Of a stretch of 64,000 bases of DNA, positions 47,796-62,275 are shown piece by piece; the stretch's first letter is position 1; every line of letters begins with the position of its first letter. The stretch is from assembly GCF_009914755.1 (NCBI RefSeq), contig NC_060944.1. One strand, written 5' to 3'. Origin of the DNA: the human T2T-CHM13v2.0 reference genome, Homo sapiens. Below the pieces are notes generated by a model. It was not told the origin of the DNA. It saw only the letters and a program-made list of their open reading frames with translations, and did not search any database. The translations under genes were made by a program, and so were the position numbers.

Positions 47796-48218
47796 TGCCT
47801 TAGTTAGATCCCCCAGAAGCAGACGCAGAGACAAGGAATGAAATGCAAGTAGTTTATTTGGGAGGTAATAAGAGGAAGCCCCAGTAAGAAAGGAAAAGTA
47901 AGATAGAAAAAAGAAGGAAGGTAATAAAGTATGTTACCAAGCAGGTTACCCTCAGAGCAACCAGGGCAGAATTCTGCTAAAGAACTGTGGGGATACACAC
48001 CTCAGAATTATCCTACCCGAGGGGTGAGGAACCTGGAAATTTACTTACCAACTCCCAGGCCATCATTGGTTGAGGGCTATTTCTGAGACCATTGACTCTT
48101 CTGCAACCAGATAAAAGCCTTTGGAGCAGAGTTATAAGTTTTTGTAATAAGCATCTTTTGGCATACAGAGGTGAGCCAAAGTCCCTATCTATGCAATGGG
48201 TGGTGTTGGCTAGAAACA
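47796..48218 (-). mobile_element. LTR33-like (ERVL) LTR
   Basis: cccccagaagcagacgcagagacaaggaatgaaatgcaagtagtttatttgggagg. Confidence 0.75.
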
Positions 48219-49555
48219 CTTCAATGGCTCTTCTACTTTTTGTCCCCTGTGCCTACAGCCCTGCCTGGCATGGGGTTAGCATGTGGGCAGTCTGGTTGAG
48301 TGTGAGGATCATGGGCAGTTGCATTTTCCCTCCATCTTCCTATGAAACCTCATGCCCCACCACTGGCTCTTCCTCTTGCTTTTCCACTGCATGCAAACCT
48401 TGGCTCTGCAGGATGTTCCATCCAACTCCTGCTCTTCACAAATGTGTCTCTTACCCAACGTGCTGCAGTTCTTACTGCCTGCTCGCATTGGGCACACTCT
48501 TTATTCCCGGTACTATGCTTTCCATGGTCACAGGGAGGCAGCATCAATGATGTCCTCATTTCCCTGGCATCTCTCACTCTATGCAAAATATCCTTTTGCT
48601 TTGCACTCTGCCACCCGCTTTGCTGTCATCTTTGTTCCAGTACTAACCATCCTCCCCTGACCCTATCAAGCTCCATTCACCTAAGGCTGGCTCCCAGCCT
48701 CCCTCCCTCTCTGAGCTACCAACCACCTTGGCTTCTCCCTTGTCTATGGGGTTGATGCATTCCATACCTACAGTTCTTGTCCCTGCTTAGTTCAGACCAC
48801 CTACATCTCCCTCCACAACTCAAAACAACCTCTTCAACCAGTCTCCTACTGCATTCCTACATACACTTCCAAACCCCTAAATTTCTGACTTCTAGTTCAT
48901 CAATACTTTGGCCAAGCATTCTCTCTAAAATATGATTGGGTAGGGAAGTAGCCAAATGTAGTAGTTAAGAATGGGAACTCAGAGATAGACTGTCAGGGTT
49001 TAAATCCTAGCTCTGCCACTTCTTTCTTATGGGAACTTGGGCAAGCCACTCACACTCTCTGTGCCTCAGTTTCCTCATCTGCCAGATAGATCTACCTCAT
49101 AGGGTTGTTGCCACAGACCACCTGGCACATAATGATTAGATCACCACCTGGCACACAGTAGTTACGGAATCACTGTTTGTTAAATACATTGAATTTGCAG
49201 GTGATGTCTGTTACCTGCTTCAAAGCCTCCAAATTCCCAGTCACCCAGAGGGTAGAGTCTGAGCTGTCCAGTCTGGCACTTGAGGCCCTGGGTAGTTGGC
49301 CTCTACCTCCCTTTCCAAAATCAACCCCTCAGTTCCTTTTTACCCCACATTTTATGACTCAGCTGTTTCATATCTCTGAGTCTTTGCACGTGCTGTTCCC
49401 TTTGCCTGGTATGCTGAGCCCTGTCTTGTTCTGTTCATTTCCTACTGACTTCTCAGGAGTGCCCTCAGGCTTTGCTTCCCCTGGAGAGCTTCCGGGTCTA
49501 CTCGGATAGAGATAATTGCCTTCCTCCTTGTAGAAACTGGGCACTGCCCCTGTTT

Positions 49556-50110
49556 CAGGGCTGAGACCAGAGTGGGATGAGTGAGTTTGCTTCAAAAGTG
49601 AAATTTAAGGGGGCATTCAAAAACTCAGTAATCAAGAGAGAATATTTGAATATTAAAATAAATCCTGTGTTAGTTTGCTGAGGATGATTGTTTCCAGCTT
49701 TATTCATGTCCCTGCAAAGGACATATATTCATTCTTTTTTATGGCTGCATAGTGTTCCATGGTATATATGTGCCACATTGCATGTTGTCACTCATAAGTG
49801 GGAGTTGAACAATGGGAACACATGGACACAGGGAGGGGAATATCACATACTGGGGCCTGTCGGGGGGTGGGGAGCAAGGAGATGTGGAGCATTAGGACAA
49901 ATACCTAATGCATGTGGGGCTTAAAACCTAGTTGATGGGTTGATAGGTGCAGCAGAGCACCATGACACATGTATACCTATGTAACAAACCTGCATGTTCA
50001 GCACATGTATCCCAGAACTTAAAGTAAAATTGAAATAAACAATAATAAAATCAGTGCAATAAGTCTAGGTTGAAAAGAGCATCAACATTTTAAACAAAGA
50101 TGAGATCTAA
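49556..50110. mobile_element. hAT-Tip100-like MITE split by an L1
   Basis: cagggctgagaccagagtgg...aaatttaagggggcattcaaaaactcagtaatcaag, resuming after the L1 with aaaatcagtgcaat...acattttaaacaaaga. Confidence 0.55.
49665..50045 (+). mobile_element. Short L1PA7/8-like insertion with 5' inversion
   Basis: 49665-49779 is antisense L1, 49780-50045 is sense L1 3'UTR with A-rich tail. Confidence 0.9.
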
Positions 50111-50184
50111 CCTGTTCTCATGAGACTCATGCCGCTTGCCTGGCCTGTTGGATCCTGGGCTAGCCTGCTGGAGATTGAAAGATC

Positions 50185-50442
50185 ATGAGGAGGTGAGCCC
50201 AGTTGTGCCAGCTGAGGTTATTCAGGTTATTCTAGACTAGTTTACAGCCAGCTGACCTCATACCTGTCAGAGGGCCCAGCCAAGGTCAACAGAGCCACCT
50301 ACATGACCCACAGCTGAAGAAGACACCCGAGCAAGCCCCACTGAGCTGTAGACCTGTAGACCTGTGTGCAATACCAATACTTATGATTTTCAACTACTAC
50401 GTTTGGGGATGATTTGTTACACAGTGGTAGCCAACAAATACA
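50185..50442 (+). mobile_element. MLT1 LTR 3' part
   Basis: gtttggggatgatttgttacacagtggtagccaacaaataca terminus. Confidence 0.65.
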
Positions 50443-50449
50443 CTTCTTC

Positions 50450-50795
50450 TGGCCACAGAGCCTTTGAGCATACTTAACCTCTGCCTGGAAAGATCTCTCT
50501 TCCCTAGGCCCCTTCATTCCTTAGGCCTTCAGCTAGTGCTGCTGCTTTAGAGAGGCCTTTCCTGACTTCACTATGTCAAAGCTCCCTCCTCCAGGCTCTC
50601 CTTTTACTCTGTAACTCTCCATCTTTGCCCTTCACTGCAGTTCTACTGCATTTATTCATGTGATTGTCTGATGTCAGTCTCACCTGATAGATGGCAAGCT
50701 GCATCAGGGCAAGAATTATGCTTTTTAGGTCTCCATTGCATTTTGGCCCATAGTTGGTGTTTGATAAATGTGCTGAATGAATACATGAATGAATG
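50450..50795 (+). mobile_element. L2 3' end
   Basis: agaggcctttcctgac...gcaagctgcatcagggcaag...ataaatgtgctgaatgaatacatgaatgaatg. Confidence 0.75.
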
Positions 50796-51762
50796 GGTTT
50801 ATTTTGAGACAAAATTTGAGAGTGTGGATCAAGCCCCATGATTTCTCTGCCTTTTACCCAGTGACATAATATGTAAAATGGATTCTGATGCAAAGGTCAT
50901 GGGCCTCTCCTGGGGGCGCCCCTCCACCCCTGTGCATCATAGCTCTTCTCTCATCTTCTGAGCAGGGTTTGCCAGCAGAACATAAACAATAATGTGAATG
51001 GCACTCTTGGAGTTGAGCAGCCCTGCACTGAGTGTAGTGGAAGCACGTCTGGCTAAGCCAGGGCTAGAGTAGTGCAGATGGGAGGATGTGGACATGACTT
51101 GATGAGGGCAGCAGCCAGGGATGGGCTAAAAGGGAGGGTTGGGGGGCCTCCCTGAGGCCCTCTCTCTGATTACCTGGTATCACTCCCTTCACACTGTAGG
51201 CCTCCTTCTGGCAATTTAAGATTCTGCCCCAGGCTCTGGTGGCCCCGTGGAGCAGAGGATCTGATGCCTGGTTTCTTGACCTCCATGTATCATGATTCCT
51301 AATTCATCCTTGCTTCTCAGTCTGGGAAGGCAATATAGGCTAAGACTGTGGACCTTCAAGCCACACCGCCTGGGTTCAAATCCCAGCACAGCTTTCTACT
51401 AGCTGTATAGCTTTGGGCAAGTAATGTAACTCCTTGCCTGTAAAATGGGCTCATACCTACATTATAGGCTGTTATGAGAATCAAACTGAGCTGGAGTGGG
51501 TTAAAGCACAATAGTGCTTGCTACATGGTACGTAGGATATCAGTGTTTTTGTTTTCCTTTGATTTGGCTGGCCTGAGGCCCTGATGTGAGGCTAATGGTC
51601 CCAGCACATCTAACCAGGCTGAGCATCCTGTTTCTTATTGGGGAGTGCCATGTGGCTCCAGGTTATGTCTTAGGTGAGCTCTGGTCTCTGTTCTTTGAAA
51701 GGCTTGCTTTGCAGGAGAAATGTCCTTGGGCAAGAAGCCGCTCTGGTGGGGCTGTCTCCCAG

Positions 51763-51778
51763 ATACACACATGTGCAT

Positions 51779-51810
<32 letters not shown>
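51763..51810. repeat. (CA)n microsatellite
   Basis: Direct reading; pure run 51781-51810. Confidence 0.95.
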
Positions 51811-51812
<2 letters not shown>

Positions 51813-52488
51813 CTGCGTAGCCCACTCCAAGGCACTCTATGAGCCTTTCACTCCTTGTTCAGCCTCATCAACACCTTATTATAAAATCCTTTTCCAGCAC
51901 TCTGTCCAAAGGTCATCACAATTATAATCACTGCTGTAATTATGTCCAAACTCGTAGCCCCCCACTGGGGAGTGTGGGAGCACTGTCACCAGCCTAAGAG
52001 GCCCAGTTCTGTGAGGCCTGCTTGTCCCACCCTGCCACACTGGGAACAGCTATGCTGTCCCCATAGGGATGGCAATGGTAGTGAGGCTTGCCCTGTACCC
52101 TCAGAGATGCTTCCTTTATTCAAGCCACCTGTGCCCCACCTATGCCACCCCCCTGGAGTGCCCTCTATTCCCAGGGAGGGCCCTGCACAGAGGCAGGTGG
52201 GCGGGTGTCACATGGGTAGGGGAATGACAGTTTTCCTCACATCCTCCCTGATGCTCTTCAGGTGTCTCTCCTGCTGTTCCTGACGGGAGTGCAAGCTAAG
52301 TGAGAGATGAGACAGGGGTTTTGACAGGAAGGGCCTCACTGGGTGGCAGGATGGAGGTGAGATCCCTGTGCTGATGAACAGGTTATGTTGTGTGTTCATG
52401 CGACAGAATCAGACACATGCTCATTTTGCAGGTTGTGCAGAGAGGCCTGTAATCTCCAGAGACTCCTCACCTCAAAGTGCTTTGCCTA

Positions 52489-52620
52489 TTGTTATGGCTG
52501 AACCGTGTCTTCTTAAAACTCATGTGTTAAAGTCCTAACCCCCAGGACCTCAGAATGTGATTACATACTCTGATGTAGAATCTTCAAAGAGGTAATAACT
52601 AAGGTTAAATGAGGTCATTA
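52489..52620 (+). mobile_element. MLT1 (A/B-like) LTR 5' fragment
   Basis: tgttatggctgaaccgtgtc...aagtcctaacccccaggacctcagaatgtga...ggttaaatgaggtcatta. Confidence 0.7.
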
Positions 52621-55048
52621 AAGTTCTTCTAGGCACCTTCTAGTTTTGAGCAACCTTAACATGAGAGTGGCCTGTGATGCTCCCGGGGCCTCCTCTGCCC
52701 AACTCACCAAGATTGGCTAGAAATAGGGGTTGGAGGGAACCTGGGAAGTGAGCCAACATTTCTTCTTGTGCTGTGATCCGTGCTATTCCTGGTCTCAAAT
52801 TCTCTTTCCCCTCCACATTCTGCAGTGCCTCACTTTGCCTGTCTGTGTGCTGCTTACATGGATACCCATATTTTTAGGGGATAAGCACATTGACAGGGAA
52901 TCAGCAGAATGCAGTAGAGGCAGGGATGGAGGAGAAAACAGAGCATGAGCAGGCTGTGCTGAAGGGGAAGGTTCACCTGAACCCCAGGAGATGCTGGGAG
53001 CCAGTGGTGGGTCTCACAGGTGCCTCAACTTTGGCCTGTGGCCCAGTGGGGAAGGGTATGGGGGTCTCCCCCATGTATGGAAAGTGCCATGCTGGTGGCT
53101 TACCCCTGAGGGGCACCTTCCATACCCCATGGCTCTGACACAATGTGGCTTCTAAGCCAAACACCTAAAAGGTGTTTAGAAGAAAAGAAGTCTGTGTTAC
53201 GGGCAATATTGCACCCCTCTGTAAGGCTTTGCCAGCCTTAGAAGTCTCTGTAGCAGACCTCATCTGCAGCTAGAGACAGAACTGAAATAGGACGTAGCTG
53301 AGATACCTGGGTGTAATTCCGGGGGACACCACCCGGTACAGGGGAAACTTTGAAGACCTAAATCTTCTTCAGTAGTTTATATAGTAGTTCATATGGTCTC
53401 TATATAGTCACTGTCGTGTATATAGTCAAAGTGAGAAACTGAGTGGTGAGACTGTGACTCACTTTTACTCCCAGACAGGTATGGCCTGAAATTTTGGCAA
53501 ATATTAACAATGGTTATAAAAACAGCTCATTAGGCATTTGTGATGTACTTAGCAAATGCATGCCCCAGGTAATGTGTTAATGTTTTCCATGCACTAAGAC
53601 ATTTATTAACCTTCATAACAACTGTATGCAGGAGGGTTATTAGCCGCTTTTTAATAGAGGCTTAGAGAGGTTTCAGTCACTTGTACAAGGACAGTGACCC
53701 AGGAAGTGAAGAAACTTGTGCCAGTAAGCTCAATGTCTAGCTTGAAAGTCCATGTGTGCAAGCTCTTTGCAATCTCTGTTACTGCAAAGCCTGCAAACTG
53801 AGCTACAGCATGTGGGAGGACTCATAGTCCCTAATGACACTAATGTGCCTACCATGTGCCAGCATTACGCAGTCCACATAGTTTATTTACTCACTGTGTA
53901 ACAGGCCTCGGAGGCAGGTAATCATAGCCTCATTCTGGAGATGCAGAAACTAAGATTCAAAGAGAATAAGTCACCTGCTTGTGAATAGTACAGTTGGGAT
54001 TCAAGCTCAGGCTGACACAAAAGCCCCCTCTTTTTAGGCTTATTTTAGTTCGAATAATAAGAAGTGTGTGTGTGTTGGGTAGTTTGCCCTGAGCTCCTGA
54101 CAGCCTGTTTGATTTCAGCGATTTCCAGAAACACCTGGGAGTACATGACGGTAAGGCAGGATCTGGGCATCCTGCTGGTGCTGTGGACAGAGGCTTCCTA
54201 TAGCAGCCCTGAGAGTGCACACCCAGCCCATGTGTGGGAGGGCAGAGCTGGTTCTCTCTCTGCTTTATTGATGTGGAGTGAGTTGAAGGTTATTGCAATG
54301 AATAATAAATGAGCTATCATAGAGGAGCCGATTATTCCGAAGTGTTACTGATGTTTGTGTTGATAAAAATGAATAAATGGCTAAGTGTTTGCAGGGAATG
54401 GAAGAGAAAAGGCATAAAGAGGAAATTCATATGTGCCTCTGATAGTTAGAAACAATGAGTCTTGAAGCAGAGGCAATCATGGAATGGGATAAAACAGCTT
54501 TGTGATTTGTTATGTAGGGAAAATAATGACAGAATCTTTCATCTCTGGCCATGTTGGCTGCAAAGTGGCAATAGACATTGGCTTTGAACAGAGGAGATAA
54601 GAGACCAAGAGAAAAAAAAAGTTCAGAACAGTGAATAAAAGAGCCAAGTTGTGGCTTGGCTTTTCTCCCAGAGACAGAGACATATGAGGAAGGACAGGGC
54701 TGCAACCATTTCAGCCTCTCTGTAGATAGAAGAAGAGGGCCTGACTGGCCCCAAATGGGGGTGGAGGGGCTTCTCCCAGGATTGAAAGCCAAGATCACAT
54801 GTAAAAAGATCATGAGAAGTCAAATTCAATGGATGGGGGTCAGCCAGGTGTGGAGTAGCTCTTTGGTACAGATGACCCTACTCCCGGGTACAATTCCTGT
54901 CAAGCTGGCCACAAATTCTCCTCTTTCTTTACTGCTCAGAAAAAGCATATCAGAATGCAACAGAGTGAGAATGATGCTATGTCCATGATTCCCAAACTCT
55001 GTGCTGAGAGCACCTCAGTAAACTTAGAGGGTGCAATGGGATATTTTT

Positions 55049-56089
<1,041 letters not shown>

Positions 56090-57284
56090 TTAACGTTTGG
56101 AGGGAAACTTGATATCCTCCGGACATCACGGTAATACCAGCTCTGCTAATACAGTTTCAACTTTAGGTTAAGCTACGTTCCTTTTGATGACATCATGTCT
56201 TTGCAAACAGAGGCTTTTAGTCATTGCTGTGGTTAAAATAAAGTATGGTATGTAAACCACTGTAGAGCAGGCAATGAAGATCATGGTGTCTAATCTGATT
56301 CCAAGGTTTAAGAAGTTGTGTAGTGCCCAACAAATATACAGATCCCATTATTAAGTAATTATAGTTATTTCAGAATGAAATAAAAATATTTTTTAAATCA
56401 ATTTATGTGATTGTTTTTTGACACATAATTATACATATTTATGGAGTACAGTGAGATTTTCAATACATGTATACATTGCATAATGATGAAATCAGGGTAT
56501 CTAGCATTTCCATCATCTCAAACATTCATCATTTCTTTGTGGTGAGAAGATTCAAAAATCCTCTTTTCTAGCTACTTTGAAATACAGCATATGACATTGT
56601 TAACCATAACCACCCTCTGGGAAATAGCACACCAGAACTTATTTCTCCTATCTGTGACTCTCTACTCATTAACCTATCTCTCCCTTCTTCTCTTCCTTCT
56701 ACCTTCCCCAATTTCTGGTAACCACTATTCTGCTTCCTGCTTCTATGAGATCAGCTTTTTTAGATGCTGCATATGAGTGATATCATGCAGTATTTATCTT
56801 TCTGTTTCTGGCTCACATCACTTAACACAATATTCTCCAGGTTCATCCACGTTGCCACAAGTGGCAGGATTTTATTCTTTTTTTTATGGCTGAAATGTAT
56901 TCCATTGAGTATATATACCACATTACAAAAAATCCATCTGTCTATTGATGGACACTTGGGTTGATTCCATATCTTGACTATTGTGAATAGTGCTGCAGTA
57001 AACACGGGAGTGCAGCTATCTCTTCGATACTCTGATTTCCTTTCTTTTAGGTATATACCCAGTAATGGGATTTCTGGATCACATGGTAGTTCTATTTTAA
57101 TTTTTTGAGGAACGGCCCACTGTTTTCCATGGTTGCTGTACTAACTTGCTGTTTCATCAGCAGTGTATAAGTTCTTTCTTGAGATCCTTGCCAGCATTTG
57201 TTATCTTTTGTCTTTTTGATGATAGCCATTCTAACTGGGGTAAAGTGATATCTCATTGTGATTTTAATTTCATCTCCCTAATGA

Positions 57285-57791
<507 letters not shown>

Positions 57792-58573
57792 TAGTTTTCC
57801 TCTTCACTGTGTCGATTGTTTTCTTTGCTGTGCAGAAGCTTTGTATTTTGATGAAATCTCATTTGTCTATTTTTGCTTTTGTTGCCTGTGCTTTTGTGTT
57901 CTTGACAAAAAAATCTTTGCCCAGACTAATGTCATGGAGGATTTATTCTAATAGCTTATAGTTTTAGGATCTACATTTAAGTCTTTAATCCATTTTGAGT
58001 TGATTTTTGTATATGGTGAGAAATAGGGTCTAGTCTCATTCTTCTGCATGTGAATATCCAGCTTTCCCAGCACCATTTGTTGAGTGGTTCTTTCTCCAAT
58101 GTGTGTTCTTGGCACTTTTATCAATCAGTTGCTGTAAGTACGTAGGTTTATTTCTGGGTTCTCCATTCTGTTCCATTAGTCTGTGCATCTATTTTTGTGC
58201 CAGTACCATGCTATTTGGTTACTATAGCTTTGTTGTATATTTTGAAGACAGGAAGTGTAATGACTCCAGCTTTGTTCTTTTTGCTCCAGATTGCTTTGGC
58301 TATTTAGGATCTTTTGTGGTTCCATATACATTTTAGGATTGTTCAATATACGTTTTAGGACTTTTATATTTCAGTGAAGTACATCATTGGTATTTTGATA
58401 GGGATTACACTGGATGTGTAGATTGCTTTGGGTAGTATGAACATTTTAAACAATATTCTATCAATCCATGAACATGGATGTCTTTATATATGTTTTCTTC
58501 AGGTTTTCATCAATGTTTTATAGTTTTCATTGTAAAGCTTTTTCACCTCCTTGGTTAAACTCATTCCTAGGTG

Positions 58574-58822
58574 GGAGGCTGAGGTGGGATGATCACTTCA
58601 GCCCAGGAGTTTGAGACTAGCCTGGGCAACATAGTGAGACTTCCACTTCTACAATTTTTTTTTAAATTACCTGGGCACGGTGGAGTGTGCCTGTAATGTT
58701 AGCTACTTAGGAGGCTGAGATGGGAGGGTCACTTGAGTCTGTGATGTTGAGACTGCAATGAGCCGTGATGGTGCCATTGCACTCCAGCCTGGGTGGCAGA
58801 GCAAGACCCTGACTAAAAAAAA
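58574..58822 (+). mobile_element. 5'-truncated AluJ within the L1MA
   Basis: Starts at ggaggctgagg; TSD attcctaggtg (58563-58573 / 58823-58833). Confidence 0.9.
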
Positions 58823-59070
58823 ATTCCTAGGTGTTATTTTTGTGGTGATTATAAATGGGATTGATTTCTTGATTTTTTTCTGGATAGTTCACTATTGGTG
58901 TATAGAAACACTATATGTGCATTGTTTAAAAAATCAGCTACTGTTAGGACATACTTATTAAATTGTTTAGCTCTAACTAAAGATGAGGTATTTCTGTTAA
59001 TCATGAACATGAAAAAAATTGTGGAGACACTAAGGATCCTGTCAACAGGGAAAGTGGGGGGGAACTTCTG

Positions 59071-59550
59071 TTAGGTCCTAGCAGGAAACCAATGGCACAC
59101 TCAAACTGGATAATTTAAAGAGAGTTTGAGAAAGGAATTTTTTTCAAAGATGTGGGAAAGGTATAGAGAAATCACAAGGAATAGGCAGTATCCTGAGGTT
59201 AGTACTGGGGAGAGGGAATTGGAAAAGTTGGGAGGAAAAAAGAGGGTGGGAGGGAAGAAGTGGTTATTACAACCTGTAGATCATGCTGTGGAGAGAGGCC
59301 TGTCTCACAGTAGTAAAGAGCTTCAGCTCAGCAACATGGTCAGCTTCAGTTCTTGGCATAGAGATCTGGGAAAAGAGGTGCCCTGACCTCACTCTTATCC
59401 TTCCCTCTCTCCCAGTTTCTGCAGGTGTTCCCCACTGGCCAAGCCCAGGAGAGGGCAAGGGAGCCTCTTGACATAACCACAGGACTTAGCTTCCCTGGTA
59501 CAAAAGAAGGTGGAAGACTAGTCCTGGAAGGGCAACCAGGAGCAATCCAA
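59071..59550 (-). mobile_element. ERVL LTR (LTR41/LTR40-like)
   Basis: ggtcctagcaggaaaccaatggcacactcaaactggataattt...ctggaagggcaaccaggagcaatcca. Confidence 0.6.
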
Positions 59551-59872
59551 TATATTATGATACAGCTAAATTTGAATCTGCTGTTGCTTATACAAAGAAT
59601 AGTGAATCCTTCTCAAGCTTCAGAATCAATAAGAACACGCATTTATCAAGCACTTTACTGTGTGCTCTGCTGAGTTAAGCACTTTACAGGCATTATCTCA
59701 TTTAATCCATAAACAACCTTACCAAGTAGATTCTATTGTTCACTCCAAAATGGAAGATAGAACAAATACATGGCAGCATTGCTGTGAAGAGGAGAGAAAA
59801 TGAGGAGGAGAGAAAATGCATCAAGGTAACTTCCTTCATGTACATAGTGGGCTCAGTCAATGGAAAAAAAAA

Positions 59873-60035
59873 ATTTTGTTTGCTTTTTTGAGACAGAATC
59901 TCACTCTGTTGCCCAAGCTTGAGTGCAGTGGTGCAATTTCGGCTCACTGCAACCTCCACCTCCTGGGTTCTGGCGATTCTTGTGCCTCAGCCTACCAGTA
60001 GCTGGGACCACAGACATGTGCTGCCATGCCCAGCT

Positions 60036-60076
<41 letters not shown>

Positions 60077-60194
60077 TAGATACAGGGTTTTACCATGTTG
60101 GCCAGACTAGTCTCAAACTCCTGGCCTCAAGTGATCTGACCACCTTGGCCTCCCAAAGTGCTGTGATTCCAGGTGTGAGCTACCATGCCTGGCC
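59873..60194 (-). mobile_element. Alu with the middle A-rich linker expanded to T37
   Basis: Dimer; TSD core tcaatggaaa (59857-59866 / 60196-60205). Confidence 0.92.
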
Positions 60195-60949
60195 ATCAAT
60201 GGAAATATTTTTTGCTATAATTTTTTTTTTTATTAAAAAATCTTTCCAATAGGGAAGAAAAAGTGTTGGCCAACTAACATAAAGGTATTTCTTTCCTTGG
60301 CACTTCCATTTCCCAGTCAAAATTCACAAAATGGCCTCTGGCTCTTGCGAGTTAGATGAGTGGTCATTAACATTCTGGATTCCTCCAGAATCCAGTTACT
60401 TTTGTGTTTCCCATTCTGCAGTGTGGTGGATGAAACCAATGCCATGGTGGCCTCACCAAGGTGCCACATCCCACAGAGACCAGGCTGCAACACTGGCTTG
60501 TCATAGTTATGCCATGGTGGCTCTCAAAGGATCCCCACGGGGAACACCAAAATCACATCATGGTGGCCTTTTCCCTACTCATCAATAACATCAAGGTCTT
60601 GGGATAGAACTTTCTCAATTCTAACTTTTTCTTCCATAAATTTTCTTTAAACTGAGCCAAAAATGAATGAACAATAAACATTAATGGGAAATTTTAAAAT
60701 GTGATTTTTAAAGGAGTGTTTTATGTATTGTTACTTTTTTGAGATGCAGAAACCTGCATGCATATAATATAGCCATATTTTCTGGTAGTAAAGTTGTTGC
60801 TGACTCGTGTGACAGAATTAAGTGCATCAATTTTTTCTTGTGGTTATGCAGAAAGCATCCCATCTTCCCAATGTCTGAAAGAATTTGAAACTACTTTGAT
60901 AGAAAAACTTGCATATGGTATAAAATTTAGGCTCTAGGAACATTGTGAG

Positions 60950-61000
60950 CATTACCACTATCATCATCATCACTGTCATCATCACCTCTGTCATCATTAT
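60950..61000. repeat. Degenerate (CAT)n
   Basis: Direct reading. Confidence 0.7.
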
Positions 61001-61066
61001 GAAGATCATTTCTTTCCAAGGGAATCAAAATGTGTCCTCTGTGTGTCTTCGCTACATTATATTAAG

Positions 61067-61214
61067 CAGTGGTTCTCAAAGTGAGGCTTCTGGACCAAGC
61101 AGTGTCAGCAAATGCAAATTCCTAGGCCTTACCTTAGAAAAACTGAATCAGAATCTCTGGGCATGGAGCCCAGCAATCTGTGTTTTGATAAAGCCTCCAG
61201 GTTGAGAACCATTG
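61067..61214. mobile_element. MER5A-like (hAT-Charlie), internally deleted
   Basis: cagtggttctcaa / ttgagaaccattg terminal inverted repeats; actgaatcagaatctctgg core. Confidence 0.8.
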
Positions 61215-61947
61215 TTTTTTAGTAATTCTTACACAAGCCAGTGAGATAGGAGCCACTGTTTCCATTTCAGTGCTATGAAAACAAAGGGTGAGAGAATATT
61301 GCAGTTATTAAATGGTGAGACTAGAGCATGGATTGAATTCTTCCACCTCTAGGATGAGTCCTTATCCCAACATCACTCTTATATACATAACTAATGAATC
61401 AGGAAACTGTGCGTCCACTCTTTTGTGGAAGATATATTAATAGGTAAGGCACAGTTGCCAGAACTTACTCTCTTAAGAAGATAAGGCAGGAAACGCTTAG
61501 CAATTAAATGCTAAGTGGCATCATTTCCAATGTCATAGGTTTTTGGTGATGAAAGAGGTCACTGTGGGCTGGACTGAGTGGTGTCCCCTGGAATTGTTCA
61601 AAGTACTCCAAGTTGCTAAGATCTTGATCAAATATCTCTAGAAATAAGTGGTCTTCAGTTAGGTCTGGAAGGACAAAGTGGATCTGGCTGGCTGGTGGAG
61701 GAGGAGGAGGTCAATAGTTGATTAGCAAATGGACAAGAAGGGTGTGACTTTCTATTGTTAAAACAGGTTAAAGCTGAGAAGCAGCAGCCAGCAAAAGCCT
61801 TGACTGAAAGATGAGCACCTTGAGACCTCTTACTGCAAAATAAATTCTGTAGATTGCATCTCCACCTGTTGGTTGGGATACTGATTCTATTCCACTATGA
61901 GGAGGTAGCCATTTCCTTCCTAGCCCCTCTCCAATTTACTGCTAGAC

Positions 61948-62275
61948 CAGGGGTGGCAAACCTTTTCTATAAAGGGCCAGGCAGTAAACATTTTGGTCTT
62001 TGCGATCCATATGGTCTGTGTTGCAACCTGTCAACTCTGCTACTGTATGAAAGCAGCCATGGGCAATATGTAAATTGATGGGCATGGCCGTGTTCTAATA
62101 AAACTATATTTGTGGACACTGAAATTTGAATTTTACATACTTTTCACGTGTCACAAAATATTCTTTTGATTTTTTTTCAACAATTTCAGTGTAAAACCCA
62201 TTCTTAGCTTGTGGGTCATATAAAAACTGGTGGCAGGCCAGATTTGGCCTATAGGCTATAGTCAGCTGATCCTTG
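61948..62275. mobile_element. MER58B (hAT-Charlie) inserted in an L2 3' end
   Basis: caggggtggcaaac...gctgatccttg; 8-bp TSD tgctagac / tactagac; L2 resumes and ends in (TGAA)n at about 62406. Confidence 0.85.

Noticed and set aside
44516-48218. Two same-strand LTR33-like copies as the ends of a provirus
   Set aside because: The sequence between them is MIR, Alu, MLT1 and unique DNA with no gag/pol remnant, and no shared TSD is visible
48092-48755. Overlapping 102-152-aa ORFs
   Set aside because: No recognisable domain, partly within an LTR, open on both strands as expected by chance
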